A stretch of 64,000 nt of DNA from assembly GCA_040752005.1 (NCBI GenBank), contig JBFMFX010000002.1:64824-128823 (forward strand), given 5' to 3'. Of the stretch, positions 40,111-51,661 are shown in pieces (position 1 is the first letter of the stretch; each line of letters starts with the position of its first letter). The position numbers and the translations under genes were made by a program. The notes beneath the pieces are model-generated. The model searched no databases. It worked only from the letters and a program-made list of their open reading frames with translations, and had not been told where the DNA came from. The stretch comes from Pseudomonadota bacterium (lineage in GTDB: Bacteria > Pseudomonadota > Gammaproteobacteria > Burkholderiales > SG8-39).

Positions 40111-41838
40111 CTAAAGACCCCGCGCGACCCCCTCGCGCCGCGGATCGGCGCCGCCGCGCCAGCCTCCCGGTGCGCGCTCGACGATGTACAGGCCGCTTGT
40201 GAGATCGGCGAGGCGCACTTCGTGACCTCGGGCGGCGAGCGGCGGACCGAGCAGCTCATACGCCGTGCCGCGCTCAAGCTCGGTCGGGCCGTTGCGGCTG
40301 CCGGCGTGCGGCAGCGCCGCGGCGCTCTGGGCATCGAGCCCCCAGTCGAGCATCGCTACGAGCGCCTGCGCGACGTAGTTGACGATCGCCGGGCCGCCCG
40401 GCGAGCCGAGCACCGCGCGCAGCCGGCCTTCGGCGCTGAACACGAGCGTCGGCGACATCGCGCTCCTCGGGCGCTTTCCGGGCTCGACGCGGTTGGCGAC
40501 CGGGCGGCCGGCGGATTCCGGCACGAAGGCGAAATCGGTGAGCTGGTTGTTGAGCAGAAAGCCGCGCACCATGATGCGCGCGCCGAACGCACTCTCGATC
40601 GTCGTCGTCATCGCGACCGCGTCGCCGCGCGCGTCCACGATCGAGATGTGGCTCGTACCGGAAAGCGCCGCCTCGGGCGAGTCGGCGTGCGCCTGCGCGC
40701 CAGGCGGCGCGCCCGGCGCGGCGCGACCCATCGAGCGCTCGCCGATGAGTCTTGCGCGCCCGGCGAGATACGCGGCATCCAGCAGCCCGGCGACCGGAAC
40801 GGGAACGAAGTCCGGATCGGCGAGATGGCGCGCGCGATCGGCATACGCCAGGCGGCCGGCCTCGGCAAAGAGATGGACCGCCTCGGCCGAGTTGGGCGCC
40901 GCTACGGCAAAGTCGGTGCGCGCGAGAATGCCGAGGATCTGGAGCACGGTGACGCCTCCGCCCGGCGGGCCCATGCTGCAGACGCGGTGCGCGCGATAGG
41001 CAAGGCAGACCGGCTCGCGCTCGAGCGCCCGATAGCGCGCGAGGTCCTCCAGCGTCATGTCTCCCGGCCGTCTGTGGTCCCGCACCGCGCGCACGATGTC
41101 GGCGGCGATTTCGCCGCGGTAGAACGCGCCGGCGCCGCCGCTCGCGATACGCCGCAGCGTCGCAGCGTACTCCGGGTTCGCGATGCGCTCGCCGACCGGC
41201 CGCGGCCGGTCGTCGGCGCCGTAAAAGAGCGCACGCGCGGCGCGGTCGTTGCGCAGCGCGCTTTCGCGCTCGAGGAGCCCGTAGAGCCTCGGGGTCATCG
41301 CAAAGCCCTGTTCGGCGAGCCGGATCGCGGAGGCGAAGAGCCTCGCCCACGGCAGGCGCCCGTGGCGTCGGTGCGCGAGTTCGAGCATCCGCAGCACGCC
41401 GGGCACGCCGACCGCCGCGCCGCTTGCCGCGGCTTCGGCAAAGGCAAGCGGCCTGCCGGAGGAGTCGAGAAAGCGATCGGCGCGCGCAGCCGCCGGAGCG
41501 GTCTCGCGCCCGTCGTAGGCCCGCAGTCGCCGCTCGGCGCGCGACCAGTGCAACAGGAACGCGCCGCCGCCGATTCCCGAGGATTGCGGCTCGGCGAGCC
41601 CCAGCACCATCTGCACCGCGACCGCGGCATCGAGCGCGCTGCCGCCGGCGCGCAGGATTTCCAGCCCCGCCTCGACCGCGAGCGGATGCGCCGCCGCCAC
41701 CATCGCTCGGCGCGCAAACGCCGGCTCGCGCGGCTGCATACCGCCCGGGCCTCCGGGCCGCGCCTGCGCGGCGGCGAGCCCGGCCGCCAGAACAAAAAGG
41801 GCAGCCGGAGCTGCCCTTTTCCAGCAAGCGGCGAACAT
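40111..41838 (-). CDS. ggt: Gamma-glutamyltransferase
   Basis: Signal peptide, autoprocessing site GTSHISIVD, and the SPGGPAI motif. 575 aa from ATG 41838; the 1189-aa tracked ORF is a frame run-on. Confidence 0.92.
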   Translation of the reverse strand: MFAACWKRAAPAALFVLAAGLAAAQARPGGPGGMQPREPAFARRAMVAAAHPLAVEAGLEILRAGGSALDAAVAVQMVLGLAEPQSSGIGGGAFLLHWSRAERRLRAYDGRETAPAAARADRFLDSSGRPLAFAEAAASGAAVGVPGVLRMLELAHRRHGRLPWARLFASAIRLAEQGFAMTPRLYGLLERESALRNDRAARALFYGADDRPRPVGERIANPEYAATLRRIASGGAGAFYRGEIAADIVRAVRDHRRPGDMTLEDLARYRALEREPVCLAYRAHRVCSMGPPGGGVTVLQILGILARTDFAVAAPNSAEAVHLFAEAGRLAYADRARHLADPDFVPVPVAGLLDAAYLAGRARLIGERSMGRAAPGAPPGAQAHADSPEAALSGTSHISIVDARGDAVAMTTTIESAFGARIMVRGFLLNNQLTDFAFVPESAGRPVANRVEPGKRPRSAMSPTLVFSAEGRLRAVLGSPGGPAIVNYVAQALVAMLDWGLDAQSAAALPHAGSRNGPTELERGTAYELLGPPLAARGHEVRLADLTSGLYIVERAPGGWRGGADPRREGVARGL

Positions 41839-41843
41839 CCGCC

Positions 41844-43919
41844 TCACGCCATCAGCGGCACGACGAGCAGCGCGACGATGTTGATGATCTTGATGAGCGG
41901 GTTGACCGCCGGGCCGGCGGTGTCCTTGTAGGGGTCGCCCACCGTGTCGCCGGTCACCGCCGCCTTGTGCGCCTCCGAGCCCTTGCCGCCATAGTGGCCG
42001 TCCTCGATGTACTTCTTCGCGTTGTCCCAGGCGCCGCCGCCGGTGCACATCGAGATCGCGACGAAGAGCCCGGTGACGATCGTGCCCATCAGCACGCCGC
42101 CGAGCGCCTTCGGCCCGAGGATGAGGCCGACGAGGATCGGCACCAGCACCGGCAGCAGAGACGGGATCATCATCTCGCGGATCGCCGCGCGCGTGAGCAT
42201 GTCCACCGCGGTGCCGTACTCCGGCTTGGCCTTGCCTTCCATGATCCCGGCGATCTCCCGGAACTGCCGGCGCACTTCCAGCACCACCGAGCCCGCGGCG
42301 CGCCCGACCGCCTCCATCGCCATCGCGCCGAAGAGGTAGGGCACCAGCCCGCCGATGAACAGGCCGATGATCACCATGTGGTCCGACAGGTCGAACGAGA
42401 TCGAGCGGCCGGCGGCTTCCAACGCATGCGTGTAGTCGGCGAAGAGCACCAGCGCCGCAAGGCCCGCCGAGCCGATGGCGTAGCCCTTGGTCACCGCCTT
42501 GGTGGTGTTGCCGACCGCGTCCAGCGGATCGGTGATGTCGCGCACCGAATCCGGCAGATCGGCCATCTCGGCGATGCCGCCGGCGTTGTCGGTGATCGGC
42601 CCGTAGGCGTCCAGCGCGACGATGATTCCGGCCATCGAGAGCATCGAGGTGGCGGCGATCGCGATCCCGTACAGGCCGGCGAGAGAGTAGGAGACGAGGA
42701 TCGCGGCGCACACCGCGAGCACCGGCCAGGCAGTGGACTTCATCGAGACGCCGAGTCCGGCGATGATGTTGGTGGCGTGCCCGGTGGTGGAGGCCTCGGC
42801 CACATGCCGCACCGGCTTGAACTGGGTGCCGGTGTAGTACTCGGTGATCCAGACCATGAACCCGGTGAGCGCCATGCCGATCACCGCGGCGCCGTACAGG
42901 TGCCAGACGGTGATCAGTTTCTTCTCGCCGCCGACGTCGAAGGGCACGTTCTTCACGATGTCGCCCATCAGCCATTCGGTGATCGGCCAGAAGGCGATGA
43001 GCGCGATCACGCCGGAGACGATGAGGCCTTTGTACAGCGCCGGCATCACGTTGCGGTCGGTGGGCCGGGCGCGCACGAACCAGGTGCCGATGATCGAGGC
43101 GACGATGGCGAAGCCGCCGATCGCGAGCGGATAAATCACCGCGTTCGCGCTGGTCGTTTTCACCATCAGCGCGCCGAGCAGCATGGTGGCGATGATCGTC
43201 ACCGCGTAGGTCTCGAACAGGTCCGCCGCCATGCCGGCGCAATCGCCGACGTTGTCGCCGACGTTGTCGGCGATCACCGCCGGATTGCGCGGGTCGTCCT
43301 CCGGGATGCCGGCCTCGACCTTGCCGACGAGGTCCGCACCGACGTCCGCGCCCTTGGTGAAGATTCCGCCGCCCAGCCGCGCGAAGATCGAGATCAGCGA
43401 CCCGCCGAATCCGAGCCCCACCAGCGGCTTGATGACATGATCGAGGCTCGTCTTGTCCACGGCGTTGGCGTAGAGCAGCGCAAAATAGCCGGCCACGCCC
43501 AGAAGCCCCAGGCCGACCACCAGCAGCCCGGTGATCGCGCCGCCGCGGAAAGCGACGTTGAGCGCCTCGTTCAGGCCCGTGCGCGCGGCTTCCGCCGTCC
43601 TGACGTTGGCGCGCACGGAGATGTTCATGCCGATGATGCCGCAGGCGCCCGAGAGCACCGCACCGAGCGCGAAGCCCCATGCCGTCGCCCAGCCCAGCGG
43701 CGGGGTGAAGCCGATGACGAGAAAGAGGATCGCGCCGACGATCGCGATGGTCGTGTACTGGCGCCTGAGGTAAGCGACCGCTCCTTCGCGCACCGCGGCG
43801 GCGATTTCGCGCATGCGCGGATTGCCTTCGGGCTGCGCGAGGATCCAGCTGATCGAGACCGCCCCGTAGACGAGCGCGAGCGCGGCGCAGACGAGCGCAA
43901 AGACGAGTCCACCAGACAT
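41844..43919 (-). CDS. hppA: Membrane-bound proton-translocating pyrophosphatase
   Basis: 691 aa, polytopic, with H+-PPase motifs ([39 protein letters not shown]). Confidence 0.96.
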   Translation of the reverse strand: MSGGLVFALVCAALALVYGAVSISWILAQPEGNPRMREIAAAVREGAVAYLRRQYTTIAIVGAILFLVIGFTPPLGWATAWGFALGAVLSGACGIIGMNISVRANVRTAEAARTGLNEALNVAFRGGAITGLLVVGLGLLGVAGYFALLYANAVDKTSLDHVIKPLVGLGFGGSLISIFARLGGGIFTKGADVGADLVGKVEAGIPEDDPRNPAVIADNVGDNVGDCAGMAADLFETYAVTIIATMLLGALMVKTTSANAVIYPLAIGGFAIVASIIGTWFVRARPTDRNVMPALYKGLIVSGVIALIAFWPITEWLMGDIVKNVPFDVGGEKKLITVWHLYGAAVIGMALTGFMVWITEYYTGTQFKPVRHVAEASTTGHATNIIAGLGVSMKSTAWPVLAVCAAILVSYSLAGLYGIAIAATSMLSMAGIIVALDAYGPITDNAGGIAEMADLPDSVRDITDPLDAVGNTTKAVTKGYAIGSAGLAALVLFADYTHALEAAGRSISFDLSDHMVIIGLFIGGLVPYLFGAMAMEAVGRAAGSVVLEVRRQFREIAGIMEGKAKPEYGTAVDMLTRAAIREMMIPSLLPVLVPILVGLILGPKALGGVLMGTIVTGLFVAISMCTGGGAWDNAKKYIEDGHYGGKGSEAHKAAVTGDTVGDPYKDTAGPAVNPLIKIINIVALLVVPLMA

Positions 43920-43941
43920 TCTTGTGCTCTCCCCTGGGAAA

Positions 43942-43957
43942 GGGGCGGATTTTAACA
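43942..43957 (-). promoter_or_regulatory. Putative -10/discriminator element for hppA (same 16-mer as upstream of rpsT)
   Basis: The minus strand reads TGTTAAAATCCGCCCC, then TTTCCCAGGGGAGAGCACAAGA, then the ATG. Confidence 0.45.
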
Positions 43958-43968
43958 GGGCGGGGCGG

Positions 43969-45361
<1,393 letters not shown>

Positions 45362-45365
<4 letters not shown>

Positions 45366-45544
45366 GCGACTTCCTCCTGCGGCGCGAGCTTTCTCGCCTC
45401 TTCCTCCAGCATCACCGGGATGCCGTCCTTCACCGGATAGGCGAGGCGGTCGGCCTTGCAGACGAGCTCGGCGGCTTCGCGCCGCCACACGAGCGGCCCC
45501 TTGCAGATCGGGCAGACGAGGATTTCAAGCAGCCTTGGATCCAC
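45362..45544 (-). CDS. Trm112/YcaR family small zinc-finger-like protein (UPF0434)
   Basis: (M)[17 protein letters not shown]...DGIPVML. GTG start at 45544; 60 aa. Confidence 0.85.
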
Positions 45545-46526
45545 CGAGCTTCTCCAGGAGCCACGCGCCGAACGCCGCATCGGGTGCCGCGCGCACCGGG
45601 AACGCCCAGTGCTGCGGCTTTGCGAAGCGCCGGCATTTTACCGCGTCCTTTTCGGTCATCACGACCGGCGCATCGTCGCCGAACTCGAGGTCGGCGGGCG
45701 AGAAGCGGTGATGGTCGGGAAACGGATGCGGCACCACCTCGAGCCCGAAGCCGGCGAGTTGTTCGAAAAACCGCTGTGGATCGCCGATGCCGGCGACTGC
45801 GTGCACGCGCTTGCCGCGCAGGGCGGCCGCGGGACGCACGTCGCGCGCGTCGGTGAGCCGGACCAGCTCGCTTCCCTCCAGGCGCATCGCGAAGCGCCGC
45901 GGCGCCAGTACGCGCACGGCCGCCGGGACCTCGCCGTGCTCGATCAGCGCGTCCACCGAGCGCAGGCGCGACAGCGGCTCGCGCAGCGGCCCGGCCGGGA
46001 GCAGGAATCCGTTGCCGAGGCCGCGCGCATCCAGCACGCAGATCTCGATGTCGCGCGCGAGCGCGTAGTGCTGCAGGCCGTCGTCGGAAACGATCACGTC
46101 GCACTCCGGATGGCGCGCGAGCAGGCTGCGGCATGCGGCGACGCGGCTCGCCGCCACCCAGACGGGGCAGCCGGCAAGGCGCGCAAGCAGCACCGGCTCA
46201 TCGCCCACCTCGCCCGGATCGGAGGCGATCGTCGCCTCGCGCGGGGTCCCGGCGCTACCGCCCCAGCCGCGCGAGACGATGCCGGGCCGGCGGCCGCGCG
46301 CGGCGAGAAACTGGGCGATCCAAGCAACGAGCGGGGTCTTGCCCGCTCCGCCGACGGTCAGGTTGCCGACGACGATCACCGGCACCGCCACGCCGTGGCG
46401 GGGCGCGAGCCGCACCGCGTACGCCAGACGCCGCGCGAACACCGCCGCGCCGAAGGCGAAGCTCGCCGGCAGGAGCAGCCAGGCGAGCGGACCGCGGGCC
46501 GACCAGTGCGAGGGGCGGGTGCGCAG
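45525..46526 (-). CDS. lpxK: Tetraacyldisaccharide 4'-kinase; start placed at CTG 46526
   Basis: Walker [14 protein letters not shown]. The N-terminal membrane helix ([23 protein letters not shown]) lies upstream of the first canonical start (GTG 46442). The CTG lies 4 nt after the exbD TAG. Confidence 0.85.
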   Translation of the reverse strand: MRTRPSHWSARGPLAWLLLPASFAFGAAVFARRLAYAVRLAPRHGVAVPVIVVGNLTVGGAGKTPLVAWIAQFLAARGRRPGIVSRGWGGSAGTPREATIASDPGEVGDEPVLLARLAGCPVWVAASRVAACRSLLARHPECDVIVSDDGLQHYALARDIEICVLDARGLGNGFLLPAGPLREPLSRLRSVDALIEHGEVPAAVRVLAPRRFAMRLEGSELVRLTDARDVRPAAALRGKRVHAVAGIGDPQRFFEQLAGFGLEVVPHPFPDHHRFSPADLEFGDDAPVVMTEKDAVKCRRFAKPQHWAFPVRAAPDAAFGAWLLEKLGGSKAA

Positions 46527-46530
46527 GGGC

Positions 46531-46947
46531 CTAGCGGCTCGCCTGGGTGGTGAAGGTGATGTGGGTGAGGCCCGCCAGACGCGATGCCTCCATCACCCGC
46601 ACCACCGACTGGTGCGTGGCGCTGGCGTCGGCGCTGATCACCACGATCGGCTCGCGCAATCCGGCGGCGGCCTTGCGCAGCTCGCCGGCGAAGCCCTCGA
46701 CCGAAGAAAACGCCACCGGCACCTTGTTGACGACGTACTGCCCCTGGGCGTTCACGAGCACCGTCACCTCGCCCGGCCGCTCGAGCTGCTTCTCGGCATC
46801 CGCCGTCGGCAGGTTGATCTGCAGCTCGGTGTATTTCGAGTAGGTGGTGGTGATCATGAGGAAGATCAGGATCACCAGCATCACGTCGATCATCGGCACC
46901 AGGTTGATCTCGGGCTCTTCCCGGTACCGGCCGCGCTGGAAGTTCAT
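46531..46947 (-). CDS. exbD: ExbD/TolR family biopolymer transport protein
   Basis: EINLVPMIDVMLVILIFLM motif. 138 aa. Confidence 0.88.
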   Translation of the reverse strand: MNFQRGRYREEPEINLVPMIDVMLVILIFLMITTTYSKYTELQINLPTADAEKQLERPGEVTVLVNAQGQYVVNKVPVAFSSVEGFAGELRKAAAGLREPIVVISADASATHQSVVRVMEASRLAGLTHITFTTQASR

Positions 46948-47573
46948 CCCGCCGCGCCCGTGCCGTAGTCGCCGCGCTCGCCGTGGATGATGTCCACCAG
47001 CTTCGCCGCCGCCTGCTCCATGTCCACCACGAAGTTGTCCACCTTGTTCCTGAAGTGGCGGTAGAAGATGAGCGCCGGAATCGCGATCGCGATGCCGAAG
47101 GCGGTGTTGTAGAGCGCGATCGAGATGCCGTGCGCGAGCTGCTGCGGGTTGGTGCCGGTCGGGGACTGCGAGCCGAATATCTCGATCATGCCGACCACCG
47201 TGCCGAACAGGCCGAGCAGCGGCGCCGCGGTGGCGATGGTGCCGAGCGTGGTGAGGAACCGCTCCAGGTCGCGCGCCACCGCGCGGCCGGTTTCGTCAAT
47301 CGCCTCCTTCATCACTTGCCGCGGGCTGGCATGGTTGCGAAGCCCGGCGGCGAGCACTTCGCCCAAGGGCGAGTCCTTCGCCAGCCGCTCGATGATCTCC
47401 GGGCTGACGCCCTGGCGCCGGTACACCTCGACCACCTGATCGAGCAGGGTCGGGGGCACGATCTTCGCCGCCCGCAGCGTGATGGAGCGCTCGATGATCA
47501 GGGCGACCGCGATGACCGAGGCGAGAAGCAGAGGCCAGATCGGCCAGCCCGCAGCCTGGATGATGGCGAACAA
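46944..47573 (-). CDS. exbB: MotA/TolQ/ExbB proton-channel protein
   Basis: Three TM helices with a conserved GLFGTVVGMI motif. TTG start. Confidence 0.88.
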   Translation of the reverse strand: MFAIIQAAGWPIWPLLLASVIAVALIIERSITLRAAKIVPPTLLDQVVEVYRRQGVSPEIIERLAKDSPLGEVLAAGLRNHASPRQVMKEAIDETGRAVARDLERFLTTLGTIATAAPLLGLFGTVVGMIEIFGSQSPTGTNPQQLAHGISIALYNTAFGIAIAIPALIFYRHFRNKVDNFVVDMEQAAAKLVDIIHGERGDYGTGAAG

Positions 47574-47713
47574 GTTGATTTCCCGATTATTTTGGGTGCG
47601 CGCACTCTAACCAATGCGCTGCGCTGCGGCAAGCCGGTTCACCTTGGACTGCCTGCCGGATCGAGACGTTGTCTGCAGGCTTCACTGGCAGAACGGACAT
47701 GCTTTGCAATGCG

Positions 47714-47748
47714 ATATCCACAAAACTTGTGGGCAACTTTGTGGATAG
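47714..47748. promoter_or_regulatory. Cluster of three DnaA-box-like 9-mers
   Basis: ATATCCACA (47714-47722; 8/9 to TTATCCACA). On the opposite strand, TGTGGGCAA (47728-47736; 7/9 to TGTGGATAA) and TGTGGATAG (47740-47748; 8/9). By my hand count, the surrounding 120 nt is about 42% G+C. Confidence 0.55.
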
Positions 47749-47933
47749 GCATTTGAAAGCCGAAATTTTTAGAGTGAAGAACAACGAAAAGTCGGCGGCG
47801 ATTAAATTTTCAGCAGCGATTTTTCGCGTCGACTCAAGCGGTTACGGATAAGAATCGGCTTCCGTGAGGCATCCCGGCAAAGGGCACGGGTGCCGCGATC
47901 GCGCTGTGCATAGTGTATCGTCGGGCGCGACAC

Positions 47934-49208
47934 ATGGAAGCGGGCCTTTTCTCGGGCAATTCGACCGTTGTCAGCGTCTCGGAGCTTCTGCGCAGCGTGC
48001 GCGATGCGCTGGAGACGCGCTTCGCGCTGCAATGGGTCTCGGGCGAGATCTCCGGGCTGAAGCTCGCCCCGTCGGGGCACCTGTACTTCGTGCTCAAGGA
48101 CGACCGCGCGCAAGCCGACTGCGTCATGTTCCGCGGCCGGGCGGCACTCCTTGACTGGGAGCCGCGCGAAGGGCTGCGGGTGGAGGTGCGAGCGCTCGTG
48201 ACCCTGTACGAGCCGCGCGGGCGCTTTCAGCTCAACGTCGAGGCGATGCGCCGCGCCGGACCCGGTCCGCTCTACGAGCGCTTCCTGCGCCTGAAGGAGA
48301 AACTGGAGAAGGAGGGCCTGTTCGATCCGGCCGGCCGGCGAGAAATTCCGGCGTACCCGCGCCGAATCGGAATCGTCACTTCGCTTGCGGCGGCCGCGCT
48401 CCGGGACGTGCTCACCACGCTGGCGCGGCGCAACCCCTCGATCCCGGTGGTCGTGTACCCGGCGCCGGTGCAGGGCGAAGGCGCCGCCGCCGCGCTCGCG
48501 GCGGCGCTCGCGGCGGCGAGCCGGCGCGCCGAGTGCGACGTGCTGCTGCTGGTGCGCGGCGGCGGTTCGATCGAGGACCTGTGGCAGTTCAACGAGGAGG
48601 TCGTGGCGCGCGCGATCCGCGCCTCGCGCATCCCGGTGGTGGTCGGCGTCGGGCACGAAACCGACGTCACGATCGCCGATCTCGCGGCCGACCGGCGCGC
48701 GCCGACGCCGACCGCGGCCGCCGAGCTGGTGAGCCCGCCGCGCGCCGAGCTGGCGGCAAGGCTCGCGCTGCTCGCCGCGCGTGCCGCACGCGAGATGCGC
48801 CGGCGCCTGGAGTACGCGGCGCAGGCGCTCGATGGCGCCACGCGGCGCCTCGTTCACCCTGCCGAGCGGCTGCGCAACTGGCGCCGGCTGCTCGCCCAGC
48901 TCGCCGCGCGGCTCGCCGCCGCCGCCGCGCGGCGCCTCGAGCGCGAGCGCTACCGCCTGCGCGAGCATCCGCCCCGGCTCGCCGCCGCGCTTGCGCGCCG
49001 GCTGCACCAGGCCGGCGCGCGGCTGGAGGTGCTCGGTGCGCGCCTGGCGAGCCTCGACCCGACGGCGGTGCTCGCGCGCGGCTACTCGATCACGCGCGCG
49101 GCCGACGGCCGCGTGCTGCGCGACTCCGCCGCCGTCGCCGAGGGCGAGCGCCTGATCACCACGCTTGCGCGCGGCTGGGTCGAGAGCGAAGCGAAGCGCC
49201 GCGGCTAG
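47934..49208 (+). CDS. xseA: Exodeoxyribonuclease VII large subunit
   Basis: OB-fold N-terminus ([16 protein letters not shown]...VSGEISGLK...[10 protein letters not shown]) and [10 protein letters not shown]. Confidence 0.93.
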   Translation: MEAGLFSGNSTVVSVSELLRSVRDALETRFALQWVSGEISGLKLAPSGHLYFVLKDDRAQADCVMFRGRAALLDWEPREGLRVEVRALVTLYEPRGRFQLNVEAMRRAGPGPLYERFLRLKEKLEKEGLFDPAGRREIPAYPRRIGIVTSLAAAALRDVLTTLARRNPSIPVVVYPAPVQGEGAAAALAAALAAASRRAECDVLLLVRGGGSIEDLWQFNEEVVARAIRASRIPVVVGVGHETDVTIADLAADRRAPTPTAAAELVSPPRAELAARLALLAARAAREMRRRLEYAAQALDGATRRLVHPAERLRNWRRLLAQLAARLAAAAARRLERERYRLREHPPRLAAALARRLHQAGARLEVLGARLASLDPTAVLARGYSITRAADGRVLRDSAAVAEGERLITTLARGWVESEAKRRG

Positions 49209-49252
49209 CCGCCTATAATGGCGCGCTCGCGCCGACAGAGGACGGCCGCCGC

Positions 49253-49810
49253 ATGGGTCACCGGCTCTCCAGAATCACCACGCGCACCGGCGACCGGGGC
49301 GAAACCGGTCTCGGCGACGGCACGCGCGTGCCGAAGGACGCCGCGCGCGTGCACGCGATGGGCGATATTGACGAGCTCAATTCCGCGCTCGGCGTGCTGC
49401 TTGCCGAGCGCCTGCCGAAGGCCGCACGCCAGGCGCTGCAGCGGATCCAGCACGATCTGTTCGATCTCGGCGGCGAAATCTGCATTCCCGGTCACACCAT
49501 GATGACCGCAGCGCACGTCGCCCGGCTGGAGGCGCTGATCGAGGCGTACAACGCGAAACTGCCGCCGCTCAGGGAATTCATCCTGCCCGGCGGAACCCGC
49601 GCCGCCGCGCTCGCGCACCTTGCGCGCGCCGTATGCCGGCGCGCCGAGCGCACCTTGGTCGCGCTCGCTCGCGCCGAGCCCGTCGGCGAGCAGGCGCGCC
49701 GCTACCTCAACCGCCTCTCGGACCTGCTGTTCGTGCTCGGGCGCAGCCTCAACCGCGGTGCCGGCCGCGGCGACGTGCTCTGGCGCCACGAGCGGGCGAG
49801 GAAAGCCTGA
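49253..49810 (+). CDS. PduO-type ATP:cob(I)alamin adenosyltransferase
   Basis: ITTRTGDRGETGL N-terminus and FILPGG motif. 185 aa. Confidence 0.9.
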   Translation: MGHRLSRITTRTGDRGETGLGDGTRVPKDAARVHAMGDIDELNSALGVLLAERLPKAARQALQRIQHDLFDLGGEICIPGHTMMTAAHVARLEALIEAYNAKLPPLREFILPGGTRAAALAHLARAVCRRAERTLVALARAEPVGEQARRYLNRLSDLLFVLGRSLNRGAGRGDVLWRHERARKA

Positions 49811-49832
49811 GCGGCGCATCGCCAAGGCACGC

Positions 49833-50264
49833 ATGAACCCTGCCGCCTCGCCGCTGGAGACGCCGAGCCGCCACCGCGTGCTGATCGTGGACGACGACGA
49901 GTCCACGCGGCTGCTGCTTGCGCGCATCCTCACCCGCGAACTGCAGGTCGAGGTCAGGCTCGCCGGCACCGCCGAAGAAGCGCTCAAGCTCGCCGGAACC
50001 TACGCCTACGACGCGATCCTGCTCGACCTGCTCATGCCCGGCATGGGCGGGATCCAGGTGCTCGACGAGATCCGCGACTCCTCGGCCAACGTCGCGACGC
50101 CGATCATCATCGTCTCGGTGCTCGCCGACCCGGACACGAAGAATCGCTGCCTCGCCGGGGGCGCGAACGCCTACCTGGTCAAGCCGGTCGAGCGCGGCGT
50201 GCTCGCCGCGACCGTGCGCGAGCAGATCGAAGCGCGAAGCCGCAGACCCGCGAGGAGACGCTGA
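49833..50264 (+). CDS. Single-domain response regulator (receiver only)
   Basis: VLIVDDDESTR, AILLDLLMPGMGG (phospho-acceptor Asp), and YLVKP. Confidence 0.88.
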   Translation: MNPAASPLETPSRHRVLIVDDDESTRLLLARILTRELQVEVRLAGTAEEALKLAGTYAYDAILLDLLMPGMGGIQVLDEIRDSSANVATPIIIVSVLADPDTKNRCLAGGANAYLVKPVERGVLAATVREQIEARSRRPARRR

Positions 50265-50266
50265 AC

Positions 50267-50653
50267 ATGGCAGACATCCGCATCGAGAACGTAGCTGCGC
50301 TCGGCGCGCCGCTCGGCCAGTACTCGCACATGGCACGCGTGCGCAACGCCGCCGAGACCCTCTATATCGCCGGCATGCTCGCGCCGGGGGAGACCATCGA
50401 GGCGCAGCTCTCCGGCTGCTTTGCCAACATCGAGGCGGCACTGGCGCACGCCGGCGCGGGCTGGAAGAATGTGGTGCAGTTCACCACCTATCTGGTGCAT
50501 TCCCAAGACATCCCCAAGTTCATGGCCTGGCGCCTGCGCGAGTTCCCGCGCTTCTTTCCCTACGGGCGCTATCCGCCGAACACGCTGCTCGTCGTGGACA
50601 GGCTGGTGCAGGAGCCGTTCCTCGTCGAGGTGCAGACGATCGCGGTCCTGTAG
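50267..50653 (+). CDS. RidA/YjgF family protein
   Basis: 128 aa with the YjgF/chorismate-mutase-like fold signature (LYIAGM..., VVQFTTYL, VEVQTIAV). Confidence 0.8.
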   Translation: MADIRIENVAALGAPLGQYSHMARVRNAAETLYIAGMLAPGETIEAQLSGCFANIEAALAHAGAGWKNVVQFTTYLVHSQDIPKFMAWRLREFPRFFPYGRYPPNTLLVVDRLVQEPFLVEVQTIAVL

Positions 50654-50698
50654 CGCAGGGCGCCTGGCGTTCGGTGGCCCGGCGCCCGGCCGCGCCGG

Positions 50699-51661
50699 TC
50701 AGTCCGGCTTCGCGCCCGAGCGGCGCACGAGCTCGGCGTAGATCCGGCCCTCGGCGGCGACGAAGGCGGTGAACTCCTCGGAAGTGCGGATCGCGGGCGT
50801 CTCCGAGCCCATCGCGCGAAGGCGCTCGCGAACCTCCGGCGCTTCCAGCGCCCTGAGGATCTCGCTGTTGAGCCGCGCGACCACCTCGTCCGGCGTCCTC
50901 GCCGGCGCCATCACGCCCCACCAGGTCGTCATGTCGAAGCCCTTGAGGCCGGATTCGTCGAGCGTCGGAAGCTCGGGCAGGAAGCTCGAGCGCTTTTTTG
51001 TCGTCACCGCCAGCGCGCGCACTTTGTCGGCGCGGATGTTGGGCAGCGCGCTCGCCAGGTTGTCGAACATCAGGTGCACGCGCCCCGCGACGAGATCGAG
51101 CACCGCGGGCGCCGCGCCCTTGTAGGGGATGTGCACCATGTACGTGCCCGTCATCTGCTTGAAGAGTTCCCCCGCCAGATGCCCGGTCGAGCCGGTCGAG
51201 CCGGAAGCGAAGTCGAGGCGACCGGGGCGCTGGCGCGCGAGCGCGATCAGCTCGGCGACGCTTTTCGCCGGCAGATCGAGGTTCACGACCAGCACGTTCG
51301 GCACCTGCACCATCAGCGCGACGTGGCGGAAATCGCGCACCGGGTCGTAGGGCACACCGCCCATCAGCGTCGGGTTGATCGCATGGGTGGCGATCGCGCC
51401 GATGACGAGCGTGTGCCCGTCGGGCGCGCTCTTTGCCACCATCTCGACCCCGAGGTTGCCTCCGGCCCCGGGGCGGTTCTCGACCACCACTGGCTGGCCG
51501 AGCGATGCCTGGAGCTTGCCGGCGAGCAGGCGCGCCGAGATGTCGATCGGGCCGCCGGCGGCGTAGGGCGCGATCAGGCGCACCGGGCGCGAAGGCCAGC
51601 CCTGCGCCAGCGCCGCGCCCGCCGTCGCGGCGAGCGCGACGACGGCGATCGCCCGCCTCAC
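50699..51661 (-). CDS. tctC: Tripartite tricarboxylate transporter substrate-binding protein
   Basis: Signal peptide followed by WPSRPVRLIAPYAAGG...PGAGG...PDGHTL. The GTG start overlaps the tctA TGA (GTGA). Confidence 0.9.
   Translation of the reverse strand: MRRAIAVVALAATAGAALAQGWPSRPVRLIAPYAAGGPIDISARLLAGKLQASLGQPVVVENRPGAGGNLGVEMVAKSAPDGHTLVIGAIATHAINPTLMGGVPYDPVRDFRHVALMVQVPNVLVVNLDLPAKSVAELIALARQRPGRLDFASGSTGSTGHLAGELFKQMTGTYMVHIPYKGAAPAVLDLVAGRVHLMFDNLASALPNIRADKVRALAVTTKKRSSFLPELPTLDESGLKGFDMTTWWGVMAPARTPDEVVARLNSEILRALEAPEVRERLRAMGSETPAIRTSEEFTAFVAAEGRIYAELVRRSGAKPD

Noticed and set aside
40111-43680. A 1189-aa ORF that appears to fuse ggt with upstream sequence.
   Set aside because: Only the C-terminal 575 aa (from MFAACWK..., ATG 41838) is Ggt-like. 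The upstream part is the off-frame shadow of hppA, which is clearly encoded in another frame on the same strand.
47590-47630. A tRNA-like fragment. The minus strand reads ...GCGCATTGGTTAGAGTGCGCGC..., which resembles a tRNA D-arm. It might mark a tRNA gene or an integration scar.
   Set aside because: I could not build a complete cloverleaf. The anticodon arm would have a 9-nt loop, and there is no T-arm GGTTCGA-type motif or acceptor stem pairing. The similarity is limited to about 12 nt.
47574-47933. Chromosomal replication origin (oriC).
   Set aside because: There are only three DnaA boxes within 35 bp. There are no 13-mer/AT-rich DUE repeats and no flanking dnaA, dnaN, gidA or other origin-linked genes. 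A regulatory or DARS-like role is more plausible.
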